DNA of 63,222 nt, counting the filler, from Stramenopiles sp. TOSAG23-6 (taxonomy: Eukaryota), in assembly GCA_900128565.1 (NCBI GenBank). It is 2 parts of 2 records of this genome, joined end to end, with 100 filler letters (N's around TTAATTAATTAA, not from the genome) between each part and the next. Parts side by side here need not be neighbours in the genome. Positions count along the whole stretch, not along the records: positions 1 to 31,740 come from LT635960.1; 1 more part is not named here. One strand, written 5' to 3'. The notes under the pieces are model-generated. The model did not search any database. It had not been told where the DNA came from and saw only the letters and a program-made list of their open reading frames with translations. A program made the translations under genes and the position numbers. Positions 10,601-21,517 of this stretch are shown here, piece by piece; position 1 is the stretch's first letter; every line of letters begins with the position of its first letter.

Positions 10601-12464
10601 GGCTGTTGTAAAGAAAGAAGCAAACACAGCTGAAGATGTCATGGAATTGGAGATGCGAAAATTACTTAATAAGATTGCGGCAGCTAATTTTGATAAGATA
10701 TTTAACAAAATGCTTCTTATTCCTGTCAAAGGAATTGATTGCTTCCTTACGCTTATTGATACTGTATTTCATTTTGCTATAATGCAACCAAACTTTGCAA
10801 TACTATTATCGAGACTTGCTCGCAGTTTTAGTGATCATTTTGAAAAAATTCAAAAAGATATAAATATTGTCACAAAGAATGATTCTGGTGAATGGGAATG
10901 TTCAGTATTTGGTGAGAAGTTAGAAGGCTCCTTTAGAAGTGAAAAAGCAGCACGCGATGCAGGTTCAAAAGAGTCTAATTTTAAAGCTATGCTTCTAGAG
11001 AAATGTCAGGATGAATTCACAGCAGAGACAGATTTAGAACGCTTTCATCGTGAGGTTGATTGGGAAGCAATTAAAAAACTTGAAAAACCTGTTGATTTTG
11101 ATGGAACACGAGAACGATATTGTGAATTACAAAAGAAAAGTATGGAGAAAGAAGTATTTATCAAGGAAACAAAAGCAAAGAATATGATCCGAGCAAATGT
11201 GAAGTTTATTGGTTTTCTATATATTCAAAAAATGATGCCAACTTGGTCGCTTCATGGTTGTATTACTCATCTCCTTGGACAGGAAGAAAATGCGAAAAAT
11301 ATCAAGGTTGGTGATGAAAAGGCAGCCAAAGAAGAGCAAGAGAAGCGTTTGACTTTATTGAAAGAACTTTTTGATACCGTTGGACCAACTCTTGATTGTG
11401 GTGCAGAAGCTGCTCGTGTAACTAAACATTTCGAAGCTATTACACGAATTTTGAAAGAGTCAAAGACAATTGCTTCTCGCGTTCGTTTTGGTTTAGAAGA
11501 TTTGATTGAAAAACGTCGAAATAATTGGAACAAACGTCAATCTAATATTATTGCAACACAAGCCAGAGATAAAGGAGATCGTTCTTCCCGTGGAGGTCAT
11601 CGTGGTGGTCATGATAGCTCATGGGGTCCAGGTGGTGGTGGTAATGGACGTCTTTCTCAGGGTAATGGTGATATTCGAAACCGTGGACGTGATGATAGAC
11701 GTGGTGGTGGACGTGATGACAGACGTCGTGGTGGGCGTGATGACAGACGTGGTGGTGGACGTGATGACAGACGTGGTGGTGGACGTGATGACAGACGCGG
11801 TGGTGGACGTGATGACAGACGTGACAATCGTTTTGGTCATGATAGCAGAGGAAACCGTGATTTTAGGAGAGATGACCGAGGTGGTTATAATATGCGTCGT
11901 GGCAGTGGCGATATTCGTAGTAGTATGCCTCGTGGCCATCGTCAAGAAAGGACACCAATACAAATTCTTACTAAAAAAAATGCACCACAGTCAACAGCAC
12001 CACAAACATCCAACAAAAACACAGAAACTTCTAAATCTAAAGAGAGTACCACTTCCAATGGTGTACAAGCCCAAGGTGGAGACACCTTTTCAGACTTGAC
12101 TGAAAAGCAAAAGAGAAGTATCAATGGTACCGTAAATGAATTTTTCAATTTGAAAGATTTTAAGGAAGCAACCTTATGCGTGAAGGAAATGGATTTATCA
12201 AGTCGGGGTTGTTGGATAGAACGTTTTGCATTAATTGCTATTGAAACATCACCTAAAGAAATCGAGAAACGTAAATTACTTGGAGATTTGGTCGTTCATC
12301 TCAAAACTGTCGATGGTGTAGTAAATGATACGGATATTCAGAAAGGTTTGGCAAATGTAGAAGAGTTGGTATCTGATATTGCTATTGATGTACCTTTGGC
12401 ACCAAAATATTTTGCTGAGTTTAAACTTGCATGTACAAAAATGAAAACAGTACATGATGAATGA
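7692..12464 (+). CDS. eIF4G-like translation factor: 3 MLLE/PABC domains, PAM2-like motifs, 4E-binding-like motif, ankyrin repeats, MIF4G, RGG repeats, MA3
   Basis: MIF4G: KLLNKIAAANFDKI, ANVKFIGFLY, SRVRFGLEDLIEKRRNNW. MA3: INGTVNEFFNLKDFKEATLCVKEM, SDIAIDVPLAPKY. MLLE: RQQLGNMLY...GRVTGMLLE. Confidence 0.85.
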   Translation: MALNQASLNEADLNALPEQERRQKLGDALYPRVLSLVKPGEVGFIVGMILEAKHLSVSDVLDLLVNDKVLKSTVENAVATRQNGNVTTMNGNSQPNRSNIRKLSQSDKEAEISYQNRIERFQRDAPKTPNRNTRVAWAGGKITSNKEEATQKFLKRAQASGVPLTPHQKMALEKVNATVTKSNTTGAVKSDASGGTKKLKTSTLKAGSTKFTPGKKKLSSSATSWTPKTKGTTAPTPAKGHLAYQKVAHKQLQQSQKLTPVILSEAKRLDSLEPAERRQQLGNMLYAYVNNIVGAANAGRVTGMLLEAQHLNTSALLLLCQDPNMLLFQVKQAQSVLGQVHWDTSMQQQQHHHQMQHLNTQMSNMNMSQMHQYPNQHQQNMHMRHYKNSQGLHNIHGQQLHHFPVPLNVQTLLSLPQNVRAQKIGDRLFPLVTRLSSQAEAAGIVASLLSANHLDTAKLVALTTPIGNEQLVQQVAKIRNYKAQVAETKRKAEQDAFLKAAKADALAKEEAAAKAEALLAEAAAKAEEAAXAKAAAQAEVSRKMEEAKQAELMAIKAQKQADSTAKPVAKSSQSQVSAIAAAKAKFYADCEQIVTEYYMKHNKNKASHAKDVIKRYVGRMHELYDQLTNKYGDSKMLALLNSHRPAGARELRTPAKSNQSRSDKSRRPSYSKEQIMEMREKEKTDNKNKLEAALAAARGGDSIRKNERSDRSVPVPLRMSSGGARGGWEKAGQSRRESSRGGGRDRDRDRNVRGGDNGRRGGDRAGRGNDRGSNNGPGSNEWAVGEDVYKIIEKGDDLHMLKSVIKKKCGSEIPSDKLAKVAVINAARRGRTKCCIWLIDVGKARVNETTKKGQSLLHYAAFGGYEELCKAFLARGAMKHLKNKEFNETPEETAYAAGHILCAKMIKQAVVPTSDPTAAAAAARDARRANRRGNKGRNGRGRRNPNERIPDHLLKEKANTGIVFKATGKKAVVKKEANTAEDVMELEMRKLLNKIAAANFDKIFNKMLLIPVKGIDCFLTLIDTVFHFAIMQPNFAILLSRLARSFSDHFEKIQKDINIVTKNDSGEWECSVFGEKLEGSFRSEKAARDAGSKESNFKAMLLEKCQDEFTAETDLERFHREVDWEAIKKLEKPVDFDGTRERYCELQKKSMEKEVFIKETKAKNMIRANVKFIGFLYIQKMMPTWSLHGCITHLLGQEENAKNIKVGDEKAAKEEQEKRLTLLKELFDTVGPTLDCGAEAARVTKHFEAITRILKESKTIASRVRFGLEDLIEKRRNNWNKRQSNIIATQARDKGDRSSRGGHRGGHDSSWGPGGGGNGRLSQGNGDIRNRGRDDRRGGGRDDRRRGGRDDRRGGGRDDRRGGGRDDRRGGGRDDRRDNRFGHDSRGNRDFRRDDRGGYNMRRGSGDIRSSMPRGHRQERTPIQILTKKNAPQSTAPQTSNKNTETSKSKESTTSNGVQAQGGDTFSDLTEKQKRSINGTVNEFFNLKDFKEATLCVKEMDLSSRGCWIERFALIAIETSPKEIEKRKLLGDLVVHLKTVDGVVNDTDIQKGLANVEELVSDIAIDVPLAPKYFAEFKLACTKMKTVHDE
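11686..11828 (+). repeat. 21-bp coding repeat (GGRDDRR/RGG-type)
   Basis: Tandem ggtggtggacgtgatgacagacgt-like units. Confidence 0.9.
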
Positions 12465-12634
12465 TTGGTTTACTCTTGTTCATTCAAAAGTGATATACAA
12501 GAATAAATGGAATTTTAATTTAAAATGTTTGTTTACTTTGTCATTTATTTTTTAGCATGAGGTTTTTACATAAAACCTTTACACAAACTGTCCGGATAGT
12601 AAACTCTAGTTTAATATCAAGTATTAGGTTAGGG

Positions 12635-13999
12635 TTATACGCAAACTGTCCGTATAGCAAACTCTGGTTTAATATCAAGTATAACTCGAGAACCATAGGG
12701 AAGCTCTGTGGTAACACTACTAATTGCGTCACATGAGACAATGGTGTCCCATCCTAAAGAGCGTAATTCAATTTTTTGTGCAAAACCTCGTCGACCATTA
12801 ACAACACTATCACTGAAACTCATATCACCAGCAGGGTTAACAACTGGTTCTCGAACGAAGTATTCCATATATTGACTACATGGATCAAATTTTGGTGCTT
12901 CATTTACACGTTTAGTTAGCTGAGTTAGTTTATCTCCTTTTTGTGGCACACCAGCTAGTTCAAGGATTCTATTTACGTCATCTTGGTGAATTGCTGTTGC
13001 ATTAGTCATCCAAGCAGATGATCCAGATCCAGTGCATACAATAACACCAGATGATCGACAAGTAATTGGTTCACCATTATCAATTTGGATCTCATGAGAT
13101 GCTGGTCGAGAAGCATCTCTTTCTGCAAAAAATATTTCATTCAATGCAAAATGTTCTGTACATTTCTCTTTCACTTCATTTTCATTTTCACCGTCTTTAG
13201 TACTATCATACGCGTGAAACACGCGTACACGAAGACGGTTTCTCAGCAACCATTGGAAATTTCCCGTCTCAAGTCGACGAAGAAGTTCTGAAAAAGTTCC
13301 ACAAGGTTGAGGTAAATAACTCCGCATGCGAATGGCACACAAAGCTCCCGTGCTACGATCTGGATCAGTATTGACACCAATTATGGGTATAGAAGGTGAT
13401 GCTATCATTTGTGCGAGAGCAAGAACCGTTCCATCACCTCCAGCTGCAAAAACTACGTCCACATTATCTAAGTGTTCCTTTTTTAGATCACTTGACTTGA
13501 TCACGACACAACTAATGCCAGCCTTTTCTAAATCCGACTTCATGACGTTGACAGATCTCTTATGGGCTTCATAACTTTCGTGAAGCATATTAAAACGCAA
13601 TCCTCTTCTATTTAACTCTTCTTTTAGGTATTTTGTATATTCTAATGAGTTTTCGTCACTATCAGAAAAATCTGATACTTCATATACTTCATTCAAGTTA
13701 TGTTTGTTGAGCTTATTTTGTCTTTCTAAATGTTTTAAGAACTCGTATTCATAGCGAGCAGTTTTGCAAACTATTATAGTATTTCGAATGTCGATAGCTT
13801 TTTCGTATTGTTGTATATTTGTAGTTTCATTTCTTGGTTTTACCATAAGCGAACGTTTCTGGCAAATACTGCCTTGACTCTTTTGGTGTCGTTCAAGCAC
13901 TACATCTAGCATGCGGGAAGACGCGATCAACCTTTTTTGCAAAGGAAATATCATCTTTGGAATTTGTTTACACTTATTCAATAGCATCATATACACCAT
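12635..13999 (-). CDS. NAD kinase (NADK2-like, probably organellar)
   Basis: AAGGDGTVL, IIGVNTDPDRSTGALC, ALNEIF, SSGVIVCTGSGSSAW. The start codon is uncertain. Confidence 0.88.
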   Translation of the reverse strand: MVYMMLLNKCKQIPKMIFPLQKRLIASSRMLDVVLERHQKSQGSICQKRSLMVKPRNETTNIQQYEKAIDIRNTIIVCKTARYEYEFLKHLERQNKLNKHNLNEVYEVSDFSDSDENSLEYTKYLKEELNRRGLRFNMLHESYEAHKRSVNVMKSDLEKAGISCVVIKSSDLKKEHLDNVDVVFAAGGDGTVLALAQMIASPSIPIIGVNTDPDRSTGALCAIRMRSYLPQPCGTFSELLRRLETGNFQWLLRNRLRVRVFHAYDSTKDGENENEVKEKCTEHFALNEIFFAERDASRPASHEIQIDNGEPITCRSSGVIVCTGSGSSAWMTNATAIHQDDVNRILELAGVPQKGDKLTQLTKRVNEAPKFDPCSQYMEYFVREPVVNPAGDMSFSDSVVNGRRGFAQKIELRSLGWDTIVSCDAISSVTTELPYGSRVILDIKPEFAIRTVCV

Positions 14000-14334
14000 T
14001 TGAAGTAACTGAGAAACTCTCCCACAGATTTAAATTAGAAGATCCATTTGATGAAACTTGATAAAACTTGATCTTTTCCAGTTTCTGTTGCTTTTTTTCG
14101 CTTAGTTTTTTCACGGCGTAGATTCGATTTTTTTTTGAGACGAATTGAATTGAATATTAATGTACAGTAAACCCCTAACCCTAGCTTATAATATAGTCGA
14201 TTTTTTTGACTACTCAAATTTAATGGAATGAATGATGTTGTCTACGTGTGTAAATTGTGTAAATTGTAATGCTTTCAGGAATACAGTAGTCTACTAGTAC
14301 CTACTAACAATATTCGTATCATTCGTTCACCATA

Positions 14335-15773
14335 ATGCTTAGTGCGTTCTTTGATTTACCAGTTGGAGAATTTCCCTTACTTCATGAAACGGTATTTGAG
14401 CCATATCTACTTTCAGCTTTGAGTATCGTTTTATTATTCGGCTGGATTGTTGCAAAACTCCTTGGTTGGAGTGCAATCACGATCAACTCTCATTTTGAGC
14501 AAACTTTAAAGTCGTATAAATATATATCACCCACTTCAAGTATATTGGAGGATTTATTTCTGAATGCATTTTGGGATAGATGTGCTCTATGTGTTCCTCG
14601 TTGGGTGGCACCTAATCTTATCACTTTTAGGTAAGTAAGACTTTATTTAAAAATTAACTGTGTTGTATTTTTTGAAAACGCTAATTATATTTTTCCTGTT
14701 TGTATTTATTTCAAACGAATCATGTTATCCTTTAAAATTTTTACTTTTCAAATTGTAAAGATTAGCTCAAAACTCATTTCACTTATTTTTCATGTATTAT
14801 TTCGTACTTTAGTGGTGCTGTTTTTATATGCTTTGCATGCATTCTTCATTACTTATTCTCACCTCTGTTGGATCACTCAGCGCCTTGGTGGGTGTACACT
14901 CTCTTTGTTATCTGTATATTTCTATATAATACATTTGATGGTATGGATGGAAAGGTTGCAAGAAATACTAAATCAGGATCTGCTTTAGGTGAGCTCTTTG
15001 ATCATGGTGTTGATGCTTTAGTTACAACTCCTCTTACAGCGTTTGGACTAGATGTCTTGCGTTTAGGTTGTTCAAATCCCTTGCTTAGATTTGCACTTGT
15101 AGGAGCTCAAATGAATTTTGCTTTAAGTAATTTTTCATTACTTCATTGTGGTAGACAAAATTTTATTAAAATTGACTGCCAAGAGGCTCAGTATTTTGTA
15201 ATGCTGTGTATTTTTGTTCTTAATTTATTTCCAAATCTTGCTGAAACTGAATTGATACAAGGTTACACACTTTCAATGTCTGTTATATTGTACGTAGATA
15301 TTAGTATGATTTTTAATGCGGTGCGAAATATTACTGTAATTGCATTATTTTACCTAAGAGGAGAAAAATGTTTGTATCAAAATAGTAGTCGACAAACATT
15401 CACAACGTTTTTACATCAAACAATTTGTGTTTTACTTTTTGCTGTTTTGTCTTTTATATCATCTGTAAAACTTTCGTACTGGACGTGGGTGATTATTTCA
15501 TCATTTCTATCTGCTCGAATGACTAATCAACTTCTTGTAGCACGAATGACTGGGATACAATTCCCAATGATTCCTACATCTATTTTGGTTTGTAGTTTTA
15601 CAGCAGCATATGCATGGAATACATCAAGTGTGAAGAATTATATTTTAGAATGGCATATTGCTCTTTTTTCTGTTTTGACTTGGGCAACTTATTCTGTTCC
15701 AATGTTATTACGATTTGCAAAGTGTTTGAATGTTTCTATATTTCGAATGTCTAATTTATCTAAAAAGGAGTAA
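14335..15773 (+). CDS. Choline/ethanolamine phosphotransferase (CDP-alcohol phosphatidyltransferase); exons 14335-14630 and 14813-15773
   Basis: PRWVAPNLITFSG after splicing; signature DGMDGKVARNTKSGSALGELFDHGVD; multiple TM segments. Confidence 0.9.
14631..14812 (+). other. Canonical GT-AG spliceosomal intron (182 nt), not of the introner family
   Basis: AG|GTAAGT...TACTTTAG|T GGT joins ORFs 14335 and 14868 in frame. Confidence 0.88.
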
Positions 15774-16017
15774 TCTCAATTTGATTTTTATAATTAAAAA
15801 TGAGTTTTCAATTGTGTAAAATCTTTTATTTCAATGTTTTAGAACATAGCAAAAAAATACAAATGAAAAACTATATGTCCTTCTTTTCTGACCAATACAC
15901 AATCTCAATCATAATGTATAATATAATATATAGTATATTTAATTTCTGAATATATCAGTAGATACTGGAAGATGATACTTATTTTTTCTTCTGATAAAAA
16001 GTCTACATTGCTAAGAT

Positions 16018-19000
16018 CTATAGTGGCAACTCTACTTTCGGTAAACAAAGTTTGGGTTTTTGCAAATCTTCAAAATGCTTACGAAAACATCGAATTGCTA
16101 ATTCGGCTGGAATGTTCAATTGTGATGCCAAACCTTTTATAATTTCATTTGAAGGCATCGTGGACGCCAAATTTGTCTTACTAACAATGAATTCAGGGCT
16201 TAGGTTTCGTGCACGCCGACGATGATATTTTGACTCTTTATAATATTTAGAAATATTTTCAGATTTGTTTTTTGATGTAAAACTTTTTCCATCAAGAGAA
16301 GAGTGAGTGCTGCGCGAAGGAGCTGACTTTATTCTTGTATTTCTTTTTAGCATTCGATGACTATGTGATGCAACTTTCTTTGCAATTTTTTCTAAATCTC
16401 TTGTGGATTTTTCTTGAAGAGAAATTGTTTGTGGCAATTTTCTATTTGGAACATCTAGTGTTGCTTCAGTCAAAAAAGGGTGTGATAAAAGTTCCTCTGC
16501 AGAAGGTCTCTCTTTCGGGTTTTTCTTTAAACATTTTGCACAAAAATCAACTAATTCAGGAGAGTATTTTTCGCTATCTAATTGTGGAACTTTTTTCTCC
16601 TTTATGATACTAGCAAGCTCCCAAAATCCACCTGATGCTGCTTCCAGAGGAAACTTCGCCTGCGCAAGAGTAAACACAGTTAACCCTAGAGACCAAATGT
16701 CAGCATCATAAGAATACGGTTTTCCTGCAAGTCGTTCGGGTGACATATATATTAATGTCCCCGTAAAAGTTACAGCATTTGAAAAATTCGTTTCATCAAA
16801 TTCTCTGGATATACCAAAATCTGCAATCTTAACTGCGCCTTTACTATTAATCAAAAGATTTGCTGGTTTTATATCCCGATGAATCTGACGAAGAGAATGA
16901 ATAAACTGAAGACCTTTGATTACACGTAAAGTGACGTTTGCTAATATTGGTTCGGAACAAGGTTTACCGGCACTTACAAAATCTTGGAGTGTTCCAGCAT
17001 CCATGTATTCCAAGACGATGGACATCGATTGGTTCTCAGCACTTGTAAAAGCACCATGAAATGTTACAATTTGTGGACATGGTGGTAAAGATGACCAGTC
17101 ACCTAAATCTATACTGTTTGCAAATAGAGAGCCTAGTTCACGTAATATTTGTTTCTTCTTTTCATAAGAGCTCATTCTTACTTTCTTAATAGCTACAATA
17201 TGCAGAGTAGGAACATGAACAGCCTTATAAACAACTCCACCAGCTCCACGACCTAACTCTTTGAGAACAATAAATTCAGCACGCATGCTTCTTTCATCTT
17301 TGCTATACTTGGAGTTTCTTTCATCTTGACTATATTTTTGACGTAGTAATGTTTTATCTCTTTGCTGAAAGTGGTTGAATTTTTGCTTCATTGTAACTTC
17401 ATTTTGATCTGTTTTCATTAGTTGGTCATGTTGAGACATTTGAGTATATTTTTTATTTTTCTGGTATTCTTCATTTTTCTTTACTGTTGAATTAGGGTTA
17501 TTTGTAATAGATATTCCTTGTTGGGTATCGTTTCTTTTCATTGAAGTGTTCATCAATAAATCATTATTTAATTCATTTTTTATACAAGTATTTAAACCAT
17601 TTTCATTATTTTTATGATTTTGTGAATTCAAGTAAATTTCATCATGTATAGAATTTGAAATATCTGGACAATACGGTCGACTTTTAGAATGAAAAAATGC
17701 CTCAGATGATGTCCAAACGTCATCTTCATGTATTGTATTAGAATCTATATTGGAATTTTGTTTACTATTGCTTATTAAATTCTTATATGATTTTTTTGGA
17801 TTTGGTCTCAGTGCTGTCGCTGCAACAGCAGCAACAGCAGCCGATGCGCTTTGAGAAGATTCATTTTTTTGATGTTCTAAATACTTGACAAAATCTGTTT
17901 CTAGATTACTATGAGATTTTTGTGTCTTTTCTTCAGACTCATACATTTTATGTATACTTGAGTTATTATCATACATGTCACCTATATTATTAATCTCTTC
18001 AGTACATTTACCAACTGTAGTTGTACATGCTCTATTTAACTTTGAATACCTAATATCACACTTGTTTAGTTTTTGATTGGATTTCTCATGAGAATTATGA
18101 GAAGTGTTAATCCCAATGGAGAAGTCTTCTGAACTATCAACATGTAAATTAGTATTTTGTTGTACACCATTCTTAGAAATACCATCAGATGTTTTTACAT
18201 TGGTAATATTTTTGTTTTGAGTGGAATTTATAAAATCGTTTTTTATAATGTTTTCTGAGAGTTTGACAAGTTGTTGAGGATTAGAAGTTAGACTGGTGCC
18301 ATGTAACACATTTGATTCAGAAATTGAATCCGTACTACATTTCGTACCAGAAGTCATACGAGATTTACACATTCTATTATTGGTGCCTGGTGTTCTAGCT
18401 ATACCAGATGGATTGATTTTCCATCCTTTCGCTAAAAATGTTCCACTTTCTGATAAATCTATTGATTTTCGATTACCCGCTCGTAGATTAACCCTAGCTA
18501 CGTCTTCATTAATTTTTGCAATATCAAGAGCAAAATTTCGTATTGGAAGTTTTGGTTTTTTTCCTACAGTGTGAAATTGTTTTCTTCGTATATTTTGATT
18601 CATTTTTGATTTTGTCGCATTTTCAACGCTATTCATAAGAGTATGCGAAGAAGAATGACAAGTAAATTCATCAATATCATTTGGTATGAAATTCGCTACT
18701 TTATCATTTTTGATATCAGAATGTCTCATCTCTTCATTTTTTTCTTTATTTACATTATTTTGGATTTCATTACTTTTTCTTAAAGGTGAAATTCCTGCGT
18801 CTATATTTTTTTCTTGATCACTTTGGAGTGACACAAATTCATTATAGTTAAGGTTCATGTCAATATTTTTTGAACCTTTTATATCTTTTTTATATAAGGT
18901 GCTATTTATATTTGTACTACTTTCAGTATTTAAAAATTGATATTTTGATTTCGATGATCTCTTTCCAGAACTAAGACTTGGTGAGGTTGAACGTGTAGGT

Positions 19001-20288
19001 GTCATTGTCAAAATATTTGCGTCTCTGGGCAGTGGGGTAGTATTTGGCAAATGCGACTTGGAAAATTCCGTACCTAACGAATTTCGTATTTGCTGAGTGT
19101 TGCTCCTCTTACTTTTCATCACTTTACAGTCTTTTCGGTTATCTGCAGTAGAGTTGACATTATTTTGTTGAATATCTTCAATTACATTAGTTGAAATATC
19201 ACATGGCTTATTTTCTTTCCTTCTTGGAGTTTGTGTATTAATTGTTAATGTATTGTGAAAAAATATTTTTTTAGTAAAAATATTCGTTAGCTACAGAATT
19301 TACTACAAAAAAAAATTGAAAATCATTATGAAAACGTACATGAAGTATGCTGACTCCTTCTCTGTGCTAGCGACATCTTCCCCTTGGAAGCTTGTGAAGT
19401 GGATGTCATAGCATATCTAGCTGCTGCAGCTACACGAGATCTTTTATTATAATTCTGTGAAAGTGTTGATGAAGAATTTGTAGATTGAGACTGTGGTAAC
19501 CCTAACCCTAATTGTTTCACTTGGCTCTTTTGGCTCTGACCTCTATCATCAATACTTTCTTTATCAACTTTATTACTACTGTTCTCCAAAAGCTTATTTT
19601 GATGCCTATTATTTTCTGAATTACTTGATGTTACATGAATAATTGCATCAGCAACAGTAGTTGCTGTCAAGTTAATTCCTACAGATGAAGAGTTACCACT
19701 CAATTTGATACCTGCTTCATCTTTCTCACTTTGAAGAATTCGTAGACGTACAACTTCACGTAATAATTTCCGCCGATGTAGACGAACATCGATTTCAAGT
19801 AAGCTGAGGTCGTCATCACTATTCATGAGTAATAACGCATTGCCATTAATTTGAAGTTGTCTAAATTTTTCTGAATAACGAGATAAATCTATCGAATGGA
19901 GCCACTGTATCACATCTTCGACACTCCACTGTTGAATATTTGGACCTTGTACATTTCCCTTATATTCCACAGATAAAGATACAGGTTGTTCTTCAACAGC
20001 TAGTGGTGAAATATCATATTTCTCGTTTGTTTGGAAATAGCCATCAACTGTGGAAGCTTGTGTACCTAGCGTAGCTTGGAGAGACATATCTAAAGACTCA
20101 ACTAAATCACTTTTATCCTTTTTCAGACCTCTGGCAGCTAAGAGTAACCGCAATTCTTTGATTTCATCAGGAGTAAGTGAAGCCAACTGCAGCTCACGCA
20201 TCAATTCTGTTTTCTCATTTTCCGAGGTTCCACTATCAGTATCAACCTCAAAACCCAAAGTATCTGAAGAATCCAACAAAGGATTCAT
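16018..20288 (-). CDS. SAM-domain + MAP2K (STE7-like) protein kinase; exons 20288-19340 and 19247-16018
   Basis: SAM: WSVEDVIQWLHSIDLSRYSEKFRQLQINGNALL. Kinase: LGRGAGGVVYK, HRDIKPANLL, DFG, TFTGTLIYMSPERL. The two parts join in frame through the family intron. Confidence 0.8.
19248..19339 (-). mobile_element. Introner-family intron, GT-AT (92 nt), AT direct repeat
   Basis: TCA T|GTACGTTTTCAT...TTCTGTAGCTAAC...TTTTCACAATACAT|TA ACA. The internal AGs give stop codons. Confidence 0.8.
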
Positions 20289-20695
20289 TTTTTAAAAAGC
20301 TATTTTTGGTGTTTGTTACTGCTGCAATCTAACATTCAAATCGTATCTTCAACACACGTACCCAGCTACTTTGCAGTAGGATGAAATTACTCGTTTAGAA
20401 TATGGAATCCCCTTCTCTTCACTTCTAAACAGTTCTGATTTGAAAAATATTTCAAATATTTGAATGAATAAAAATCGAGCTAGAGTTTCGAATCGAAAGA
20501 CATGATGACGACGACGATTTCCTTTTTTTTTCATTTTGAATTTTCGTGAAGAACCGAACCCTAACCCTAACAAAAGATCTTGAATTTGTAACGGTAATTA
20601 ATTAGTAGCAAAAAATTAGCTAATGACCTTGATAAGTTTCAAAGAAGCTTGTGTAAGATTTTAGGAAAAGTATAATTGCCACATTCGCTTTCAGA

Positions 20696-21517
20696 ATGTC
20701 AGATTCAGATTTAAGTGATTCAGATGACTCACCAGTAGCAGGAAGAAAAAAATGGTCATTAAAAGAAGTTGCAGGAGGTATTATTGGCTTGCTTGCAGCT
20801 GCACATCCATCCCCAGTTCCTATCCCTACTGTTGATGCTGATATTTGGAGAATATGTGCGCTTGGTAGTGATGTCAAGCTACAGCAATTACTCAATGCTG
20901 TAAAGGATCGACCTAGTATGGCTATTGATTTAGATGCTTTGGATGTAAACAAATCAACTGCATTATTCTGGGCTTGTAGGAATGGTAATGAAGCTTGTGT
21001 GAAAACTCTCTTAGATCATGGTGCGAATATCGATGTAACTGGTTATGGAGGCTTAAGTCCACTGCATCAGTGCGCCAATTTTATTCGAGAGGACTTATTA
21101 GTTCTTCTTCTAGAAAAAGGCGCTAATGTTAATTCAACCGATAATTGTGGAAATTCAACTCTACACTGGGCTTGTCGTCGACCTTCATTAGCGATAGTTA
21201 AAATTCTTTTGAAAAATGGTGCTGATGTAAATTTAGCGAATATAGAGGGAACAACACCATTACATGCAGCTGCAGTTAATGGTTGGTTATCATATCTAAA
21301 ACTATTAGTTGACAATGGAAGCAATGTTAATGCTCAAGACTCGATGGGTCAAACTGCACTTCACCATGCAACTAGTGTTGGTTTTGTTGATATTTGTAAT
21401 GAATTGATTTCCGTTCATGGTGCTGATAAAAGTATAAAAGACAAAACGGGTAAAACGGCGAAGGAAATTGCAAGAATCAAAGAAATGGTTGATTTTTGGG
21501 GAAATATTGAAAAGTAA
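20696..21517 (+). CDS. Ankyrin repeat protein
   Basis: Repeats TALFWAC, SPLHQCA, STLHWAC, TPLHAAA, TALHHA followed by LLxxGADVN-like motifs. Confidence 0.9.
   Translation: MSDSDLSDSDDSPVAGRKKWSLKEVAGGIIGLLAAAHPSPVPIPTVDADIWRICALGSDVKLQQLLNAVKDRPSMAIDLDALDVNKSTALFWACRNGNEACVKTLLDHGANIDVTGYGGLSPLHQCANFIREDLLVLLLEKGANVNSTDNCGNSTLHWACRRPSLAIVKILLKNGADVNLANIEGTTPLHAAAVNGWLSYLKLLVDNGSNVNAQDSMGQTALHHATSVGFVDICNELISVHGADKSIKDKTGKTAKEIARIKEMVDFWGNIEK

Noticed and set aside
11506-12099. Overlapping Val/Asp-rich ORF, and other antisense or shifted ORFs over repeats (e.g. 43242-44039)
   Set aside because: These are shadow frames of repetitive coding sequence.
19497-19511. Telomere-like TAACCCTAACCCTAA
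   Set aside because: It lies in coding sequence and encodes LGLGL on the minus strand; not counted as regulatory.
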